From positions 1-64,000 of the IMG/VR virus record IMGVR_UViG_2882674194_000007: a DNA stretch of 64,000 nucleotides; one strand, written 5' to 3'. The stretch is from a virus. Its lineage: Duplodnaviria; Caudoviricetes. How positions within the stretch are numbered: the first letter of the stretch is position 1; every line of letters begins with the position of its first letter. Both the position numbers and the translations under genes were made by a program. A model generated the notes under the pieces. It ran no database searches, was not told the DNA's origin, and saw nothing but the letters and a program-made list of their open reading frames with translations. Shown piece by piece: positions 18,221 through 28,595 of this stretch.

Positions 18221-19684
18221 TTATTTTCTGTGCTTGTCCAATAAATGACCATATCTATTAGTCAATTCATCATCTTTTTTAGAAGCTACATTTGTTTCCT
18301 GTGGCTGATAAGAGAAAGAAGCAGATTTACTTACCATTTCCTGACCTGCCATCAGTGTTAAGTCGTGCATAACCTGTTCTGTTGTTACTTCATCAGCATT
18401 AAGTTTTGCTTTGTAAACTAAGAATTTTGGACTTCTGCCAATCTTCTTTGCAAAGTCAGCAACGATTGTGTCAATCTCATTCTTATGTGCAAGACGTTTT
18501 GCCTCTGTATCAGCACTTTCATACTCAGAAAGCCTTGTGACAGCTTTGGTGTACTTATCATTTAACTCAGCGTAAGCGGTATCTCTAGCTTCAATATCCT
18601 CATTAAATGTTGCAGTAAGTTCCTCCGTAATAGAAAATGCTTTTTCTTCTGCACACCTATCTATAACTTTGTTAAAGTCAATTAAATCGTTCATAGATAC
18701 TGCATTTTCAGTTTCAAAATCTACTACAGAAAATTTCTTTTCTACTTTTCCATCCCAATCAGCAGCAATGTTACCATCGTCATCAAGTGCAAATTCAACG
18801 GTATAAACTTTAAGACAATCATGCTTATCCATAACCGTAAAAGAATTTTCAGTTGCGTCAATAAACGCATACTGCTCGGTTGCATTTTCACTTTCGCCAA
18901 CTGTAAAAGTAGAAAGAAAAGATTTCAACTTTTCTAAATCCATAAATTTCTTTTCCTCCTTATTAGGTTCGTTTGTTACATTATTTTGAACAGCGGTAGT
19001 AGTACCATCTGATTCATACTGTTTTAATTTTTCTAACATCAGCTCAAAGTTCTGTTTGAATTTATCTGTATCAATAGAAAAAGCCTTCACCCTGGAAGAC
19101 TCAAAACAAGGTTCTATATTTTCATTTGCGTCCATACTACGCCTTAGCAAACATAATGCAGACATAGAGAAGTCATTAACTACAACATAGTCGTTATCAT
19201 AGTTGTAATCTTCAAAGAAAATTTCCATTGATTGATTGAAATATATTTCATCACTATAAGCTGCCTCCATAATTGGATAACGATGTGTCCATAAGATAAT
19301 ATCAACTGAAAAATATTTACGTTGTTCTCCTGAACGCTCTGTAATTAAATCCATAGACGGATTACAGTCTTCTGGAATTACGCCAAACGGCACACATTCA
19401 TTAACAAGTTCAATTCCATTATTATCTATGATAATTTTAGAATCATGACCGCCGATATAATAATTTCCATCATCATCTTTCATAAGATGTGCAACAACAG
19501 GAACATTTGCATAACCTTTTCTTGCAATAAATTTTTGTAATGCTTCTTCTGTTATATCAGAATAATTTCTATTACGTCCTGTGTAAAAGACATTACATCT
19601 ACATCGAGTAAAATCTTTATTGATGACTTGAAAATTAGTAAATTTTGCAGTCATATCAATATTTTTTAATTCTGTATTTGGCAA
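18221..19684 (-). CDS. Prohead protease/scaffold (YonD-like)
   Basis: NRN.S, GGHD, QSMEI, ALCLL..IEPCFE motifs, coiled C-terminus. Confidence 0.75.
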   Translation of the reverse strand: MPNTELKNIDMTAKFTNFQVINKDFTRCRCNVFYTGRNRNYSDITEEALQKFIARKGYANVPVVAHLMKDDDGNYYIGGHDSKIIIDNNGIELVNECVPFGVIPEDCNPSMDLITERSGEQRKYFSVDIILWTHRYPIMEAAYSDEIYFNQSMEIFFEDYNYDNDYVVVNDFSMSALCLLRRSMDANENIEPCFESSRVKAFSIDTDKFKQNFELMLEKLKQYESDGTTTAVQNNVTNEPNKEEKKFMDLEKLKSFLSTFTVGESENATEQYAFIDATENSFTVMDKHDCLKVYTVEFALDDDGNIAADWDGKVEKKFSVVDFETENAVSMNDLIDFNKVIDRCAEEKAFSITEELTATFNEDIEARDTAYAELNDKYTKAVTRLSEYESADTEAKRLAHKNEIDTIVADFAKKIGRSPKFLVYKAKLNADEVTTEQVMHDLTLMAGQEMVSKSASFSYQPQETNVASKKDDELTNRYGHLLDKHRK

Positions 19685-19708
19685 TCTACATCCTCCTTCC
19701 CCAAATTT

Positions 19709-19897
19709 TTACAAGCAAACATTCGGATTAAATAAAAAAGAACCTTGCTCAAACTTTGAGTTCAGTTCCTTCATCAATTCATTTGTTTGTATAAACACAA
19801 ACACTTCTTTATTATCAATGTTTCTTTTTGTATATTTGAAACCAATCGACTGTAATATATCTGCCTTTACTTGGTCTAAAATCAACACCTCACCCAT
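19709..19897 (-). CDS. Small DUF5659-like protein
   Basis: ATG after GGTGA RBS; GFKY...VFVF. Confidence 0.55.
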   Translation of the reverse strand: MGEVLILDQVKADILQSIGFKYTKRNIDNKEVFVFIQTNELMKELNSKFEQGSFLFNPNVCL

Positions 19898-19916
19898 ATA
19901 TTCAATCACCAACTTT

Positions 19917-21482
19917 CTATATACGATTATCCGTATTGTTTGAATCGTTGCCACGCTGCGTATCTGTAGAAGGAGCCAAATCAGTATCATCATTCATTGG
20001 TCTACCACCTTCTGATCCATCATTAGCAGTAGTGTATGATGTTTTTAATACTTCCCACTTATCATAAATATCTTCTTTGAACATCTGCTCCATAAATGAA
20101 TTTCCAAGCATTTTTGCGGTGTTTACACCAGTTGCGGCTAATAATTCTCCTTTAACTGGTAGAGATGCCTGTGCCAATTTTAATTTCTTTTCTATATAGT
20201 CATCTACGTCAAAGATAGTAACTGGTAAAATTCGATAGACAAATTGATAATCATCATGGATGTGACCACGAAGTTTCATTTGTAAATCCATCCATGATTC
20301 AAGTTGACGATATATACGATAAATATCAGAGGAATCCACTTTCATAGAAAGTTTTAATTCAGAACCGCTAGAAGCAGAAGATATAAGTGCTTTAGATACA
20401 CCAGCTTCTCCATAATAGTTTTCGACAGCCTGTTCAACCTTATTTTTATCATCTGATATAGTAGATTTTGACTCAATAAGTTGCAAATCCATAGGCGAAG
20501 GCACAACGCCAAATCGGTCAGGTAGGATGGATTTTGCCATTTCAACGAATGGATAGATTAACTCATCCCCCATAGTTATATGACCTTCATCATCAACTGG
20601 TATCTTAAAATAAACCAATTTGTATGCGTCTGCTTCTGATTTTGCTTTTACCAAATCTTTTATATCATCTATGTCAAGTATTGAGGCTATCAAAGGAAAG
20701 AATGGACTATACAAATATGTAAAATCATTATTATATTTTAAGCACAATGAATTTTCATATGGAACCATAACCATATTATTCAGAGATAGTTCCTTTGATT
20801 GTTCTAATAATGCTTGTAATTCTAATGGAAGTGTTTGTAAATATGAATTATTCATCAAACTTCGATTGATAGCATATTGATAAATTGAACCATTAGAAAG
20901 TTTCTTGATTTCACAATATCTTGGATCTATAAAAAATATAGAAATATCAGTATCATTTTCTGTTACAAATCCAAAACAAGCATCTTCAAGGAAAAGTTTT
21001 TTCATAATGTCAGTAATCCGATTGTCTAACTTGAATTTGTTTGCTTGCGCTGTGAATTTGACATAATTCTTTTTGAAATCTTTCTGATATTGTTCCTTTG
21101 CTTTATCGGTTTTAGTGGTACAAAACATTTTGTCTTGCTTTATCTCTGTATCAACAGTCCAATTAATAACAGCCATATTAACAAAATAATCAATAAGCCG
21201 TTTGTAATAACCACTTTTCAGATACATATATTGTGATAAACGAATTATAGAACTTCCATACTGTTCAGGATTTTGAACGATACGAAGAATTTGACTTCTT
21301 GTGAATCCACAAATACGATTATATTTAAAAACACCTTTATATGCCAACTCTGATAATGCCAACCGCTTTAAACTTGTAAAGTTGAAAGTCGGTGATTTAC
21401 CATTTAGAAAATCGCTTACGTTATTTTTATCTTCTTGAAACTGTTCTTTTATTGCTCCATTATTATTTGTATTTTCTTCGAT
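19917..21482 (-). CDS. Portal protein (YonE-like), probable AUC start
   Basis: Follows terminase; frame open 40 codons upstream of the TTG at 21362 to an ATC preceded by AGGCGGTGA. Confidence 0.8.
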   Translation of the reverse strand: MEENTNNNGAIKEQFQEDKNNVSDFLNGKSPTFNFTSLKRLALSELAYKGVFKYNRICGFTRSQILRIVQNPEQYGSSIIRLSQYMYLKSGYYKRLIDYFVNMAVINWTVDTEIKQDKMFCTTKTDKAKEQYQKDFKKNYVKFTAQANKFKLDNRITDIMKKLFLEDACFGFVTENDTDISIFFIDPRYCEIKKLSNGSIYQYAINRSLMNNSYLQTLPLELQALLEQSKELSLNNMVMVPYENSLCLKYNNDFTYLYSPFFPLIASILDIDDIKDLVKAKSEADAYKLVYFKIPVDDEGHITMGDELIYPFVEMAKSILPDRFGVVPSPMDLQLIESKSTISDDKNKVEQAVENYYGEAGVSKALISSASSGSELKLSMKVDSSDIYRIYRQLESWMDLQMKLRGHIHDDYQFVYRILPVTIFDVDDYIEKKLKLAQASLPVKGELLAATGVNTAKMLGNSFMEQMFKEDIYDKWEVLKTSYTTANDGSEGGRPMNDDTDLAPSTDTQRGNDSNNTDNRI

Positions 21483-21499
21483 GTTTGATCACCGCCTTT

Positions 21500-23347
21500 C
21501 TAATGAGAATATAATTTTGGTTTTCGTGCAAGAGCAGTGAGAGAGGAGACGTTAGTTTTAGGTTCAGGTCTTTGTACTAATTGCCCTTTTCTTAATTGGG
21601 CAAGAAACCAACATAATAATCCATAAACAAATACCCTATCATCATGCATTGTATTTCTTTTCTCTGGAGGGAAATCATATCTTACATTTCCACCAGAGGT
21701 ATATTTACACATAGTGATGATTTCTGTTTTCATTAAATCAATCTGCGCAAGAGATTCTTTTTCATCAGCATTCAGATCGTATTTATGTTCGTTCCCCTCA
21801 TCATCAATAGATAAGATATAATCCTTTCCATCAAAATCAGCAGGAAATGTTACTATACCTAGTTTAGTCATCCGTTCAGCAGCATCAAATATTTCATTTC
21901 TATGTGCTTTGGGATCTACTAATTTCATAATATCGATTGCATCTTTAAATCTTTTGGAAGATGCTTCATTTGCTTTATGGCTTCTATCAATAATCCCTTT
22001 ATGGGGTTTTCCGTCTTTACCAACCCAGTTATCAAGCATATAGTCTGAAACACCACCAACCATCTGTCCGCCTGCTCCGGAATCACAAATTACGCCTTTG
22101 ATATTTTCATAATCCAGTTTCTTTTTATCATATCCGTTGTAATCCAATAATAAATCCTGAAATCTTTTTACCTGATCTGGCAATATCATGGGTGTTTTAT
22201 TTTTGGTAGCTATATCTACTAAACTTACAACATTACATATATCCATACACCATCCACGTTCAGGATCATCAAAGTATTCTGCTATACCAATCACACTGTT
22301 ATCGTTCAACCTTGCAGAGTCCCATGCTAGTCCGAATAATCTGTTTCCAGTATCATTAAGTAGAAGCGGAGGGGTTAATTTGGTATATTGCATGATTTCA
22401 CGTCTAGTAAGAATCTGTCCTTCATGGGAATCAGCACTAAACTTGTTATATAATTCTCTTAATGCTTTATCTCTGTTATCGCCCATAGCTTTATCAACTT
22501 TATCTTGGCTGATAAGTGCAGGATATGGTTCTCCGTTGTATTTCGCTTTCATAACCATATCAATATTGAAATTGCAGACAAAATACTTTTGGTCGCCCAT
22601 TAGCATTCGTTCTGAGAAATATCTAAATTTTTTATAATATTCAGATGAGGTATCTGAAGCAGAAGATGCGTATAATAATTGCCTTGGTATTCCTTTTGGC
22701 TCCAATGTAATATCCACGTTTCCACCAAGTTTAAAGTTTTCATCCTGGTTTACAAAGTTCTCAGCCTGTACAAACAATTCATCCGAAAACCATCCGGCTT
22801 CATCAAAGCATACTAAGTTTGCACGTTTACCTTTGATATTTGTGATGTCACTGTTTAGAGTATTAATTTCTGCACCATTGAAGAGAGTACATGTAAAGGA
22901 AGCTGGATTATGTACAAATCCATCAGAGTTAACCCCATTTTTTCTTAGTTCATTAAAGAAGATATCAGTGCATCCAGCAAAAGACTCAATTTCTTTCTTG
23001 GCTATTTTTTCAACTTTCTTATAAACTTCCTTTGCCTGATCGCCTGTATTACCAAGGAAATATGTAACATGAAATGGAAATAGAAGAGAGCGTGTCATAG
23101 TATAAACAGCCAGCTTAGTTGTTTTTCCAGCATTTCGACTTTCAAGCCATAAAACGAAGTCTCGTGACCATGAATTATAGAATGCATATTTCTGCATATC
23201 TAACAGTTCAATTCCCATGAACCGGCTTGTAAATTCTACTGGATAGGCACGTCCCCATTGAATAATTTTGGAGTATTTATCATATGTTTCAAGTTTTCGC
23301 TGAGATATTTCTTTTTGGGAAGGTTTATTTATTATGGTTATCGCCAT
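21500..23347 (-). CDS. terL: Terminase large subunit
   Basis: Walker A SRNAGKT, Walker B VCFDEAG, nuclease WDSAR and HDDR. Confidence 0.9.
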   Translation of the reverse strand: MAITIINKPSQKEISQRKLETYDKYSKIIQWGRAYPVEFTSRFMGIELLDMQKYAFYNSWSRDFVLWLESRNAGKTTKLAVYTMTRSLLFPFHVTYFLGNTGDQAKEVYKKVEKIAKKEIESFAGCTDIFFNELRKNGVNSDGFVHNPASFTCTLFNGAEINTLNSDITNIKGKRANLVCFDEAGWFSDELFVQAENFVNQDENFKLGGNVDITLEPKGIPRQLLYASSASDTSSEYYKKFRYFSERMLMGDQKYFVCNFNIDMVMKAKYNGEPYPALISQDKVDKAMGDNRDKALRELYNKFSADSHEGQILTRREIMQYTKLTPPLLLNDTGNRLFGLAWDSARLNDNSVIGIAEYFDDPERGWCMDICNVVSLVDIATKNKTPMILPDQVKRFQDLLLDYNGYDKKKLDYENIKGVICDSGAGGQMVGGVSDYMLDNWVGKDGKPHKGIIDRSHKANEASSKRFKDAIDIMKLVDPKAHRNEIFDAAERMTKLGIVTFPADFDGKDYILSIDDEGNEHKYDLNADEKESLAQIDLMKTEIITMCKYTSGGNVRYDFPPEKRNTMHDDRVFVYGLLCWFLAQLRKGQLVQRPEPKTNVSSLTALARKPKLYSH

Positions 23348-24479
23348 CAATATCACCTTCCAGTTCTATTTTTAGATTTTCATTCTCAGTTTTAAGAGAT
23401 TTGATTTCGATTTTCTGTAAGCGAACACTTTCTTCCAGCTTCATTATCTTATCTTGTAAGGTAATCATCTCCTGAGATTGTACGGCAACCATATGTGCAT
23501 ATTCGTCAGAAGTGATATTCAATTCATCAAATAATGCTTTTGCATTATCTGCAGCTATTTCCTGATAAGATTTAGAAAGTTTAATATCCACAAGATTAAC
23601 TTTGATTTCTTCAAAACCATTTTCGCCCATTTCTTTCATAATATTGGTCAAGGTAGTGCTTCCACGACCGCCTTTACCAGAACCTTTTGCTGATAATCCA
23701 TTTTCACTTGCGGATGAATTAATGGTTCTTTCCAACTTATCTTTTATATCTGTCAAAGATTTAATTAGAGTATTATCAGGTATCTTTTTACGCAATTCAA
23801 TATTGATTAATTTATCAATACTATCTAGCTGTAAGGTGGTTTTGACTAAAGAAATTACCCGTTGCATTTTATGTGGATCTTCCAAAACATCGTCTGTAAG
23901 ATAATCTGCCATTGTATTAAATAGAAATTTTCTATTTCCATCTGTATAACCTTCATCAGTAAAACAATCATATCCAACAGACTGTAAGACATATGTTTTA
24001 TTTTTCAAATCAGAAGCACTCCATTTTGCCTCCTCGTTTTCTCTCATTTCGTCAATGGTTTTAAGTCCATCTTTTAATATAGTTACAAGATATGTGGTAA
24101 AATTTTTTGCTTTATATTGTTGCCCGTTAAGAAGTTTTGCATAGTTTCCTAAAGAAAAATTTGCATTATCTCTTGTTTTTTCATATAGTTCATCTGAAAA
24201 AAACAAATCAAGATAATGACACATGATAATAAGTGCTATTTTTTCGTCTTTATATTTATATTTATTTTCCTCAAACAGTTCATTAGCACAGTCAAAACAA
24301 ATACTTGTATATAATTCATTAGCAGTATACAAAGGACTTGTTTTTGACATAAAGAAATAGCCTTTTGGATCATCTAATGATTTTCCACATCTTGTACATT
24401 TATAAGCGGTAGTGCAAGTATCACTACGCTTCTTGCTGTTGGGAGATTTTGTTCTTGCTGCGGCGATACTAAGCACCAT
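23325..24479 (-). CDS. YonG-like protein (possible terminase small subunit) with Zn finger
   Basis: CTRC...CFDC, directly upstream of terL. Confidence 0.6.
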   Translation of the reverse strand: MVLSIAAARTKSPNSKKRSDTCTTAYKCTRCGKSLDDPKGYFFMSKTSPLYTANELYTSICFDCANELFEENKYKYKDEKIALIIMCHYLDLFFSDELYEKTRDNANFSLGNYAKLLNGQQYKAKNFTTYLVTILKDGLKTIDEMRENEEAKWSASDLKNKTYVLQSVGYDCFTDEGYTDGNRKFLFNTMADYLTDDVLEDPHKMQRVISLVKTTLQLDSIDKLINIELRKKIPDNTLIKSLTDIKDKLERTINSSASENGLSAKGSGKGGRGSTTLTNIMKEMGENGFEEIKVNLVDIKLSKSYQEIAADNAKALFDELNITSDEYAHMVAVQSQEMITLQDKIMKLEESVRLQKIEIKSLKTENENLKIELEGDIDGDNHNK

Positions 24480-24510
24480 CCTTTCATTTTTTAAAATTAT
24501 TTGTTAAATT

Positions 24511-24536
24511 AAAAAAGACAGTCGTGATGACTGTCT
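24511..24536 (-). terminator. Intrinsic terminator
   Basis: AGACAGTC/GACTGTCT hairpin plus U tract. Confidence 0.6.
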
Positions 24537-24539
24537 GAA

Positions 24540-24607
24540 AACACATAGAGAGAATCAAACTCCCATTATTCGAGTTGGCGAATGTCTTACAATTAGACGA
24601 TATGTGT
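24540..24607 (-). ncRNA. tRNA-like RNA with 6-nt anticodon loop
   Basis: ACACATA/TATGTGT acceptor, GTCT/AGAC D stem, ATTCG-CCAACT-CGAAT, GGGAG-TTTGATT-CTCTC T arm. Confidence 0.6.
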
Positions 24608-24695
24608 AGGTAAAGTATGTGAGAAACAAAAATATAAAGTTTTGTAAAAATAAGTCGATATATAATATTATAGATAAAAGTGTAGGTGTATTCAT

Positions 24696-25607
24696 ATGAT
24701 ATTTGTAAATTATATTATTCCTATTATTTCCGTTATAGCATCTATTCTTTCAGCGATATTCGCATACAAAGCTAATACCAAAGCAAAAGAAGCAAATGAG
24801 ATTTCAAAAGATGCGAAAAATATTTCAGAGAAAGCTAATACCATTTCTGAAGAATCTAATATTATAGCAATGAAAGCATTAGATTTACAAATGGCTCCGG
24901 AAATTCGATTAACCAAATTAGAATTAGATCCTCAAAAAGTTAAGGTTTTTGGTGGAAATAACATTGCATGGATTGGAAAAAATGAACTAACAGACGAATT
25001 ATATAAAATTATTTCAGAATCAGCCAGAACAGATTCTATTATAGTTATTAACAATAAAGAATATTTACTAATTAATCTATGTTATGAAACCACATCAAAA
25101 ACTGATGTTGGTATAATTCTTGATGCATTTTGTTTTGAAGCAGAATGTACAAAAAATTCTATTACTGAATTATCAATTTTAAAAGCATATTCATTATTAA
25201 ATCCAACTATTCCATTTGAACCAGACATAAAATTAAATATACATATTGATATTAATACATCTACAATTACAATACCAATAGCATATGCATGTCCTTCAAA
25301 TCTTTATTCATCATTAAACCTCGGTAGTATAGCAAAAATTGCAAAAGAATTTACTGAAAAAATAAATTTAATCAATACTCCAGATATGGCTGGAAAAATC
25401 ATAGGTTTTGTAGAGACAGCATATTTAATAAAATGTATAACACCAAATAATGATGAATTTCTATATACTCTTTATATAAAAAGAGATGAATATGGGAGAT
25501 TAAAGACACCTCATATATATAGAGGAGAAGAAAAATATAATCAATATTATAATATAGCAAAAGATCGCATAGGAAAAGAAATACAGGCTATTGATAACAC
25601 CCAATGA
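24696..25607 (+). CDS. AT-rich cargo protein, N-terminal TM plus short coiled repeat
   Basis: Opposite strand, TM helix, A(K/N)EANEIS-type repeats. Confidence 0.75.
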   Translation: MIFVNYIIPIISVIASILSAIFAYKANTKAKEANEISKDAKNISEKANTISEESNIIAMKALDLQMAPEIRLTKLELDPQKVKVFGGNNIAWIGKNELTDELYKIISESARTDSIIVINNKEYLLINLCYETTSKTDVGIILDAFCFEAECTKNSITELSILKAYSLLNPTIPFEPDIKLNIHIDINTSTITIPIAYACPSNLYSSLNLGSIAKIAKEFTEKINLINTPDMAGKIIGFVETAYLIKCITPNNDEFLYTLYIKRDEYGRLKTPHIYRGEEKYNQYYNIAKDRIGKEIQAIDNTQ

Positions 25608-25638
25608 AACAATTCTTCTATCTAAGGAGTAGATAAAA

Positions 25639-26532
25639 TTGAATACAAAAAAGATAACTACATTATTATTTAGTCAGAATAAAGCTACATTTATCATACA
25701 AACAGTTATACCATTTATTATACCTTTTATTTTTGAAATCCCAAGTGTATTACTTTCTATTTGGATAAAAATTCCAATTTTTATTCTATTAACGTATATT
25801 GATTTAAAATTAATTTTCTTAATAGAACAACAAAACAATAATGAAGCAAAGCAAAGTATTTATAATCAAGCTGCTAGATATGCATATTCAAATGCATATG
25901 AATTAAACGAAAGAAAAAGAGATTATTTAATGAAATCATCATATAAAAAAGATTTTTCTGTTTCAAAAAATGTATTTCCATATGATATTCATGAATATAT
26001 TTCTGAAATATGCAAATCTTTTAAAAATGTCGTGTCACAAATTACTAAAATTGATAAAGAGCATATATCTATTTCGTTTATTTATAGATATAGATACACT
26101 GAAGCAAATAATGAAGATTTAAATTGGCGTTGGATAACGGGTAAAGAATTAACTATGAAAATGAAATTAAATGATTTTGTTAAATTAGAAAATTCAGTTT
26201 ATTATTTTCTAATTAATGGAGCAAATACAGTTGTATTTTGTAATGATAAAGTAGAATTAGAAAAAGAAAACCATTATTATATGAGTATCAAGGATAATAG
26301 ACACAATAATATTGGATCAATTTTTTCTATAAAAGTAATGTTTAGCAATAACGAACAAAGTTTTGCTGAAGGAATACTTACTATTTCTACATATGGTGAA
26401 AGATTTGTTAAAAATAATAATATCCAAAAGATAAATCAATTAAGATGTTTATTAATAGATGATTTATTTCCATATTATCAAAGATTATTAGAAACAGAAT
26501 TAGGTATGTTATATTTAAAACACATAAGTTAA
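25639..26532 (+). CDS. AT-rich cargo protein, two N-terminal TMs plus soluble domain
   Basis: AAGGAG RBS, TTG start. Confidence 0.75.
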   Translation: MNTKKITTLLFSQNKATFIIQTVIPFIIPFIFEIPSVLLSIWIKIPIFILLTYIDLKLIFLIEQQNNNEAKQSIYNQAARYAYSNAYELNERKRDYLMKSSYKKDFSVSKNVFPYDIHEYISEICKSFKNVVSQITKIDKEHISISFIYRYRYTEANNEDLNWRWITGKELTMKMKLNDFVKLENSVYYFLINGANTVVFCNDKVELEKENHYYMSIKDNRHNNIGSIFSIKVMFSNNEQSFAEGILTISTYGERFVKNNNIQKINQLRCLLIDDLFPYYQRLLETELGMLYLKHIS

Positions 26533-26564
26533 ACTTAAGATCCCAATAAAATGCTTATTTGAAG

Positions 26565-26658
26565 CGGTGACGGTAGGATTTGAACCCACAGGTCATGTTT
26601 TCCATGACACATCAGATTTCAAGTCTGCGCCGTTATAACCAGATTTCGGTACGTCACC
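26565..26658 (-). tRNA. tRNA-Ser(UGA)
   Basis: GGTGACG/CGTCACC acceptor, loop CTTGAAA, long variable arm, G73; CCA not encoded. Confidence 0.88.
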
Positions 26659-26663
26659 AGAAA

Positions 26664-26746
26664 CGCAAAGCAGAACAATCGAAGTCCATTCCTTTCAGAA
26701 CACATCCGTTAGCAGCGGAGTCCCAAACCTTATGGGTTTACTTTGC
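26664..26746 (-). tRNA. tRNA-Ser(GCU), atypical T stem
   Basis: GCAAAGT/GCTTTGC acceptor, loop CTGCTAA, variable arm, TTCGATT loop closed by C-G. Confidence 0.7.
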
Positions 26747-26785
26747 AAATAATAGGAGAGCAGTGTTTGACTGCTCTCCGTAATT

Positions 26786-26896
26786 TTACACATTATCGGA
26801 ATTCCAAAGTAAATCTACATCATATTCCTCTAATGATACAGGAACAATTTCGGTTCTATTGTATGTATTCAGAAGTTCAAAAAATAACTTATGCAT
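26786..26896 (-). CDS. Possible 36-aa peptide
   Basis: ATG overlaps the 3' end of the upstream gene; weak support. Confidence 0.3.
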   Translation of the reverse strand: MHKLFFELLNTYNRTEIVPVSLEEYDVDLLWNSDNV

Positions 26897-28565
26897 ACTC
26901 TATATTTTTAGAAATACTGTTTAAATAATCTTCATAATACATCCATCTTAATGATTCTCCTGTTGTTGGATCCTTTCCAGCACTTTTTACAAGACCACTA
27001 CAACACTGCGATAAACCACTCATACTTTTTAATTTAACAAAATTTTGAGCTTCTAATAAGTTATTAAAAATCTGTTTATTATTTAGACAAATAACTTTTT
27101 TATTAATATTCATTCTTTTGACTTCTTTTCTGCTGTTTTGTAATTTTATATATTCTTTCACGTCTTCGTTTGTTTTAAATCTTTCTTTATATTCATTTAA
27201 AAACATCCAACACAATTTTTCTTTTTTATTATTTTTTGTAATATAACCTGCATGTTTTATTTTATGAGAACAGCATTTACCAACAGAATTAATATTAATA
27301 TAATTGTAATCATCAACTATAGATTGAATAGAATTATATACTTTTTGCGTATTTAAACATATTACTTTAACTTCTCGTAATTTTGAATTTTTAATATAAG
27401 AATTATGAATAGTGTAATCACACCAGCCAAGTTCTTTACCAAGTTTCAGATACTTGACAATTGTAGATCTATCTAATTTATAATACTCTGCAATTTGCCT
27501 TGTACTTAAATTTGTATTTACATTATAATAATTACATACTTGTTTTACTAAAGAACTAAATATTTTAGAATTTATTGATTTTTCATCTATTGACGAAAAA
27601 TCAAATATATTAATCAAAATACTGTTCTTTATATTTTCCATAATATAATTAAAGTCGCTTTTTTGACTATCAATTCTTATCATTATATAATTATTTTCTT
27701 TTGCTAATATATCCTTTTTCTTGTCAATAATTCTTATATCTTCTGTAGAAAATTTTGAATCTTTATATGCTTTTTTATGAAATCCACCATCCATTTCTAT
27801 AAGGTATTTCATATTCCCATTTTTAAAATATATATCATATATTGGTTTATAATCTCTATTTTTAAAACTAAATGATTTGTCTTTTATCTGATATTGAGGA
27901 ATATAATTTACATTTAAATCATCTAAAATACTAATCATCATTTTTTCTGGATAACTAAAACCATCACTACATCGTGGACAATTGAATAGTTGATATTTGC
28001 ACATAGAAAAAATAGTTGTGTATTTTTCAAATCCACAATCAGGACATTTCAACCAAACTTTTTGCCCAGATCCATAAGAATATTTATAAGCGTCTTCTTT
28101 ATGTTTAAAATATTTTATTAAATGTGGGTGAGTAGTAGCTATATCATTAATACCCTTAATTATAATTTTATTTGTACATACTGCACAATGATGTTTTTTA
28201 TTTAAATCATATTCTAATATCAACCTAATATATCCACATTTTGCACATTTTACTTGGTAGTATTTAGAACCATTTATTCTTTCTTGTGAAAGAATTATAT
28301 TATTGTTTATGGTTTCGTTTGTTTTGAATAAAAAATCTTTTGATATAATTTTATATATTTTACCATCTTTAAAACTTTTTCTGCGAGTTATATAATCTTG
28401 ACCATTATATGAAACAATAATATTCTGTGCATTTGCATCAAGCGACTTTATGGTGAATAAATATTCCTTGTCATTATATAAGACTTTTACATTTTTACCT
28501 ATATTCTTGCTCCATATTATTTTATTTGCCGCTTTGATTAAATTATCGTCTATTAATTTATTCAT
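26889..28565 (-). CDS. Free-standing homing-endonuclease-like protein (zinc ribbons, Vsr/DUF559-like nuclease, NUMOD1 repeats)
   Basis: NDIATTHP...VWLKCPDCG; YDIYF...LIEMDGGFH; two KVICLN..K..N repeats; very AT-rich. Confidence 0.75.
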   Translation of the reverse strand: MNKLIDDNLIKAANKIIWSKNIGKNVKVLYNDKEYLFTIKSLDANAQNIIVSYNGQDYITRRKSFKDGKIYKIISKDFLFKTNETINNNIILSQERINGSKYYQVKCAKCGYIRLILEYDLNKKHHCAVCTNKIIIKGINDIATTHPHLIKYFKHKEDAYKYSYGSGQKVWLKCPDCGFEKYTTIFSMCKYQLFNCPRCSDGFSYPEKMMISILDDLNVNYIPQYQIKDKSFSFKNRDYKPIYDIYFKNGNMKYLIEMDGGFHKKAYKDSKFSTEDIRIIDKKKDILAKENNYIMIRIDSQKSDFNYIMENIKNSILINIFDFSSIDEKSINSKIFSSLVKQVCNYYNVNTNLSTRQIAEYYKLDRSTIVKYLKLGKELGWCDYTIHNSYIKNSKLREVKVICLNTQKVYNSIQSIVDDYNYININSVGKCCSHKIKHAGYITKNNKKEKLCWMFLNEYKERFKTNEDVKEYIKLQNSRKEVKRMNINKKVICLNNKQIFNNLLEAQNFVKLKSMSGLSQCCSGLVKSAGKDPTTGESLRWMYYEDYLNSISKNIEYA

Positions 28566-28595
28566 AATTCCCTACTCCTTAATTCATTTACTTAT

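Noticed and set aside
2873-24000. Numerous + strand ORFs over structural genes
   Set aside because: Antisense frames of well-supported - strand genes, without RBS
26580-26783. + strand ORFs at 26580, 29591 and 34539
   Set aside because: Antisense shadows of tRNA genes
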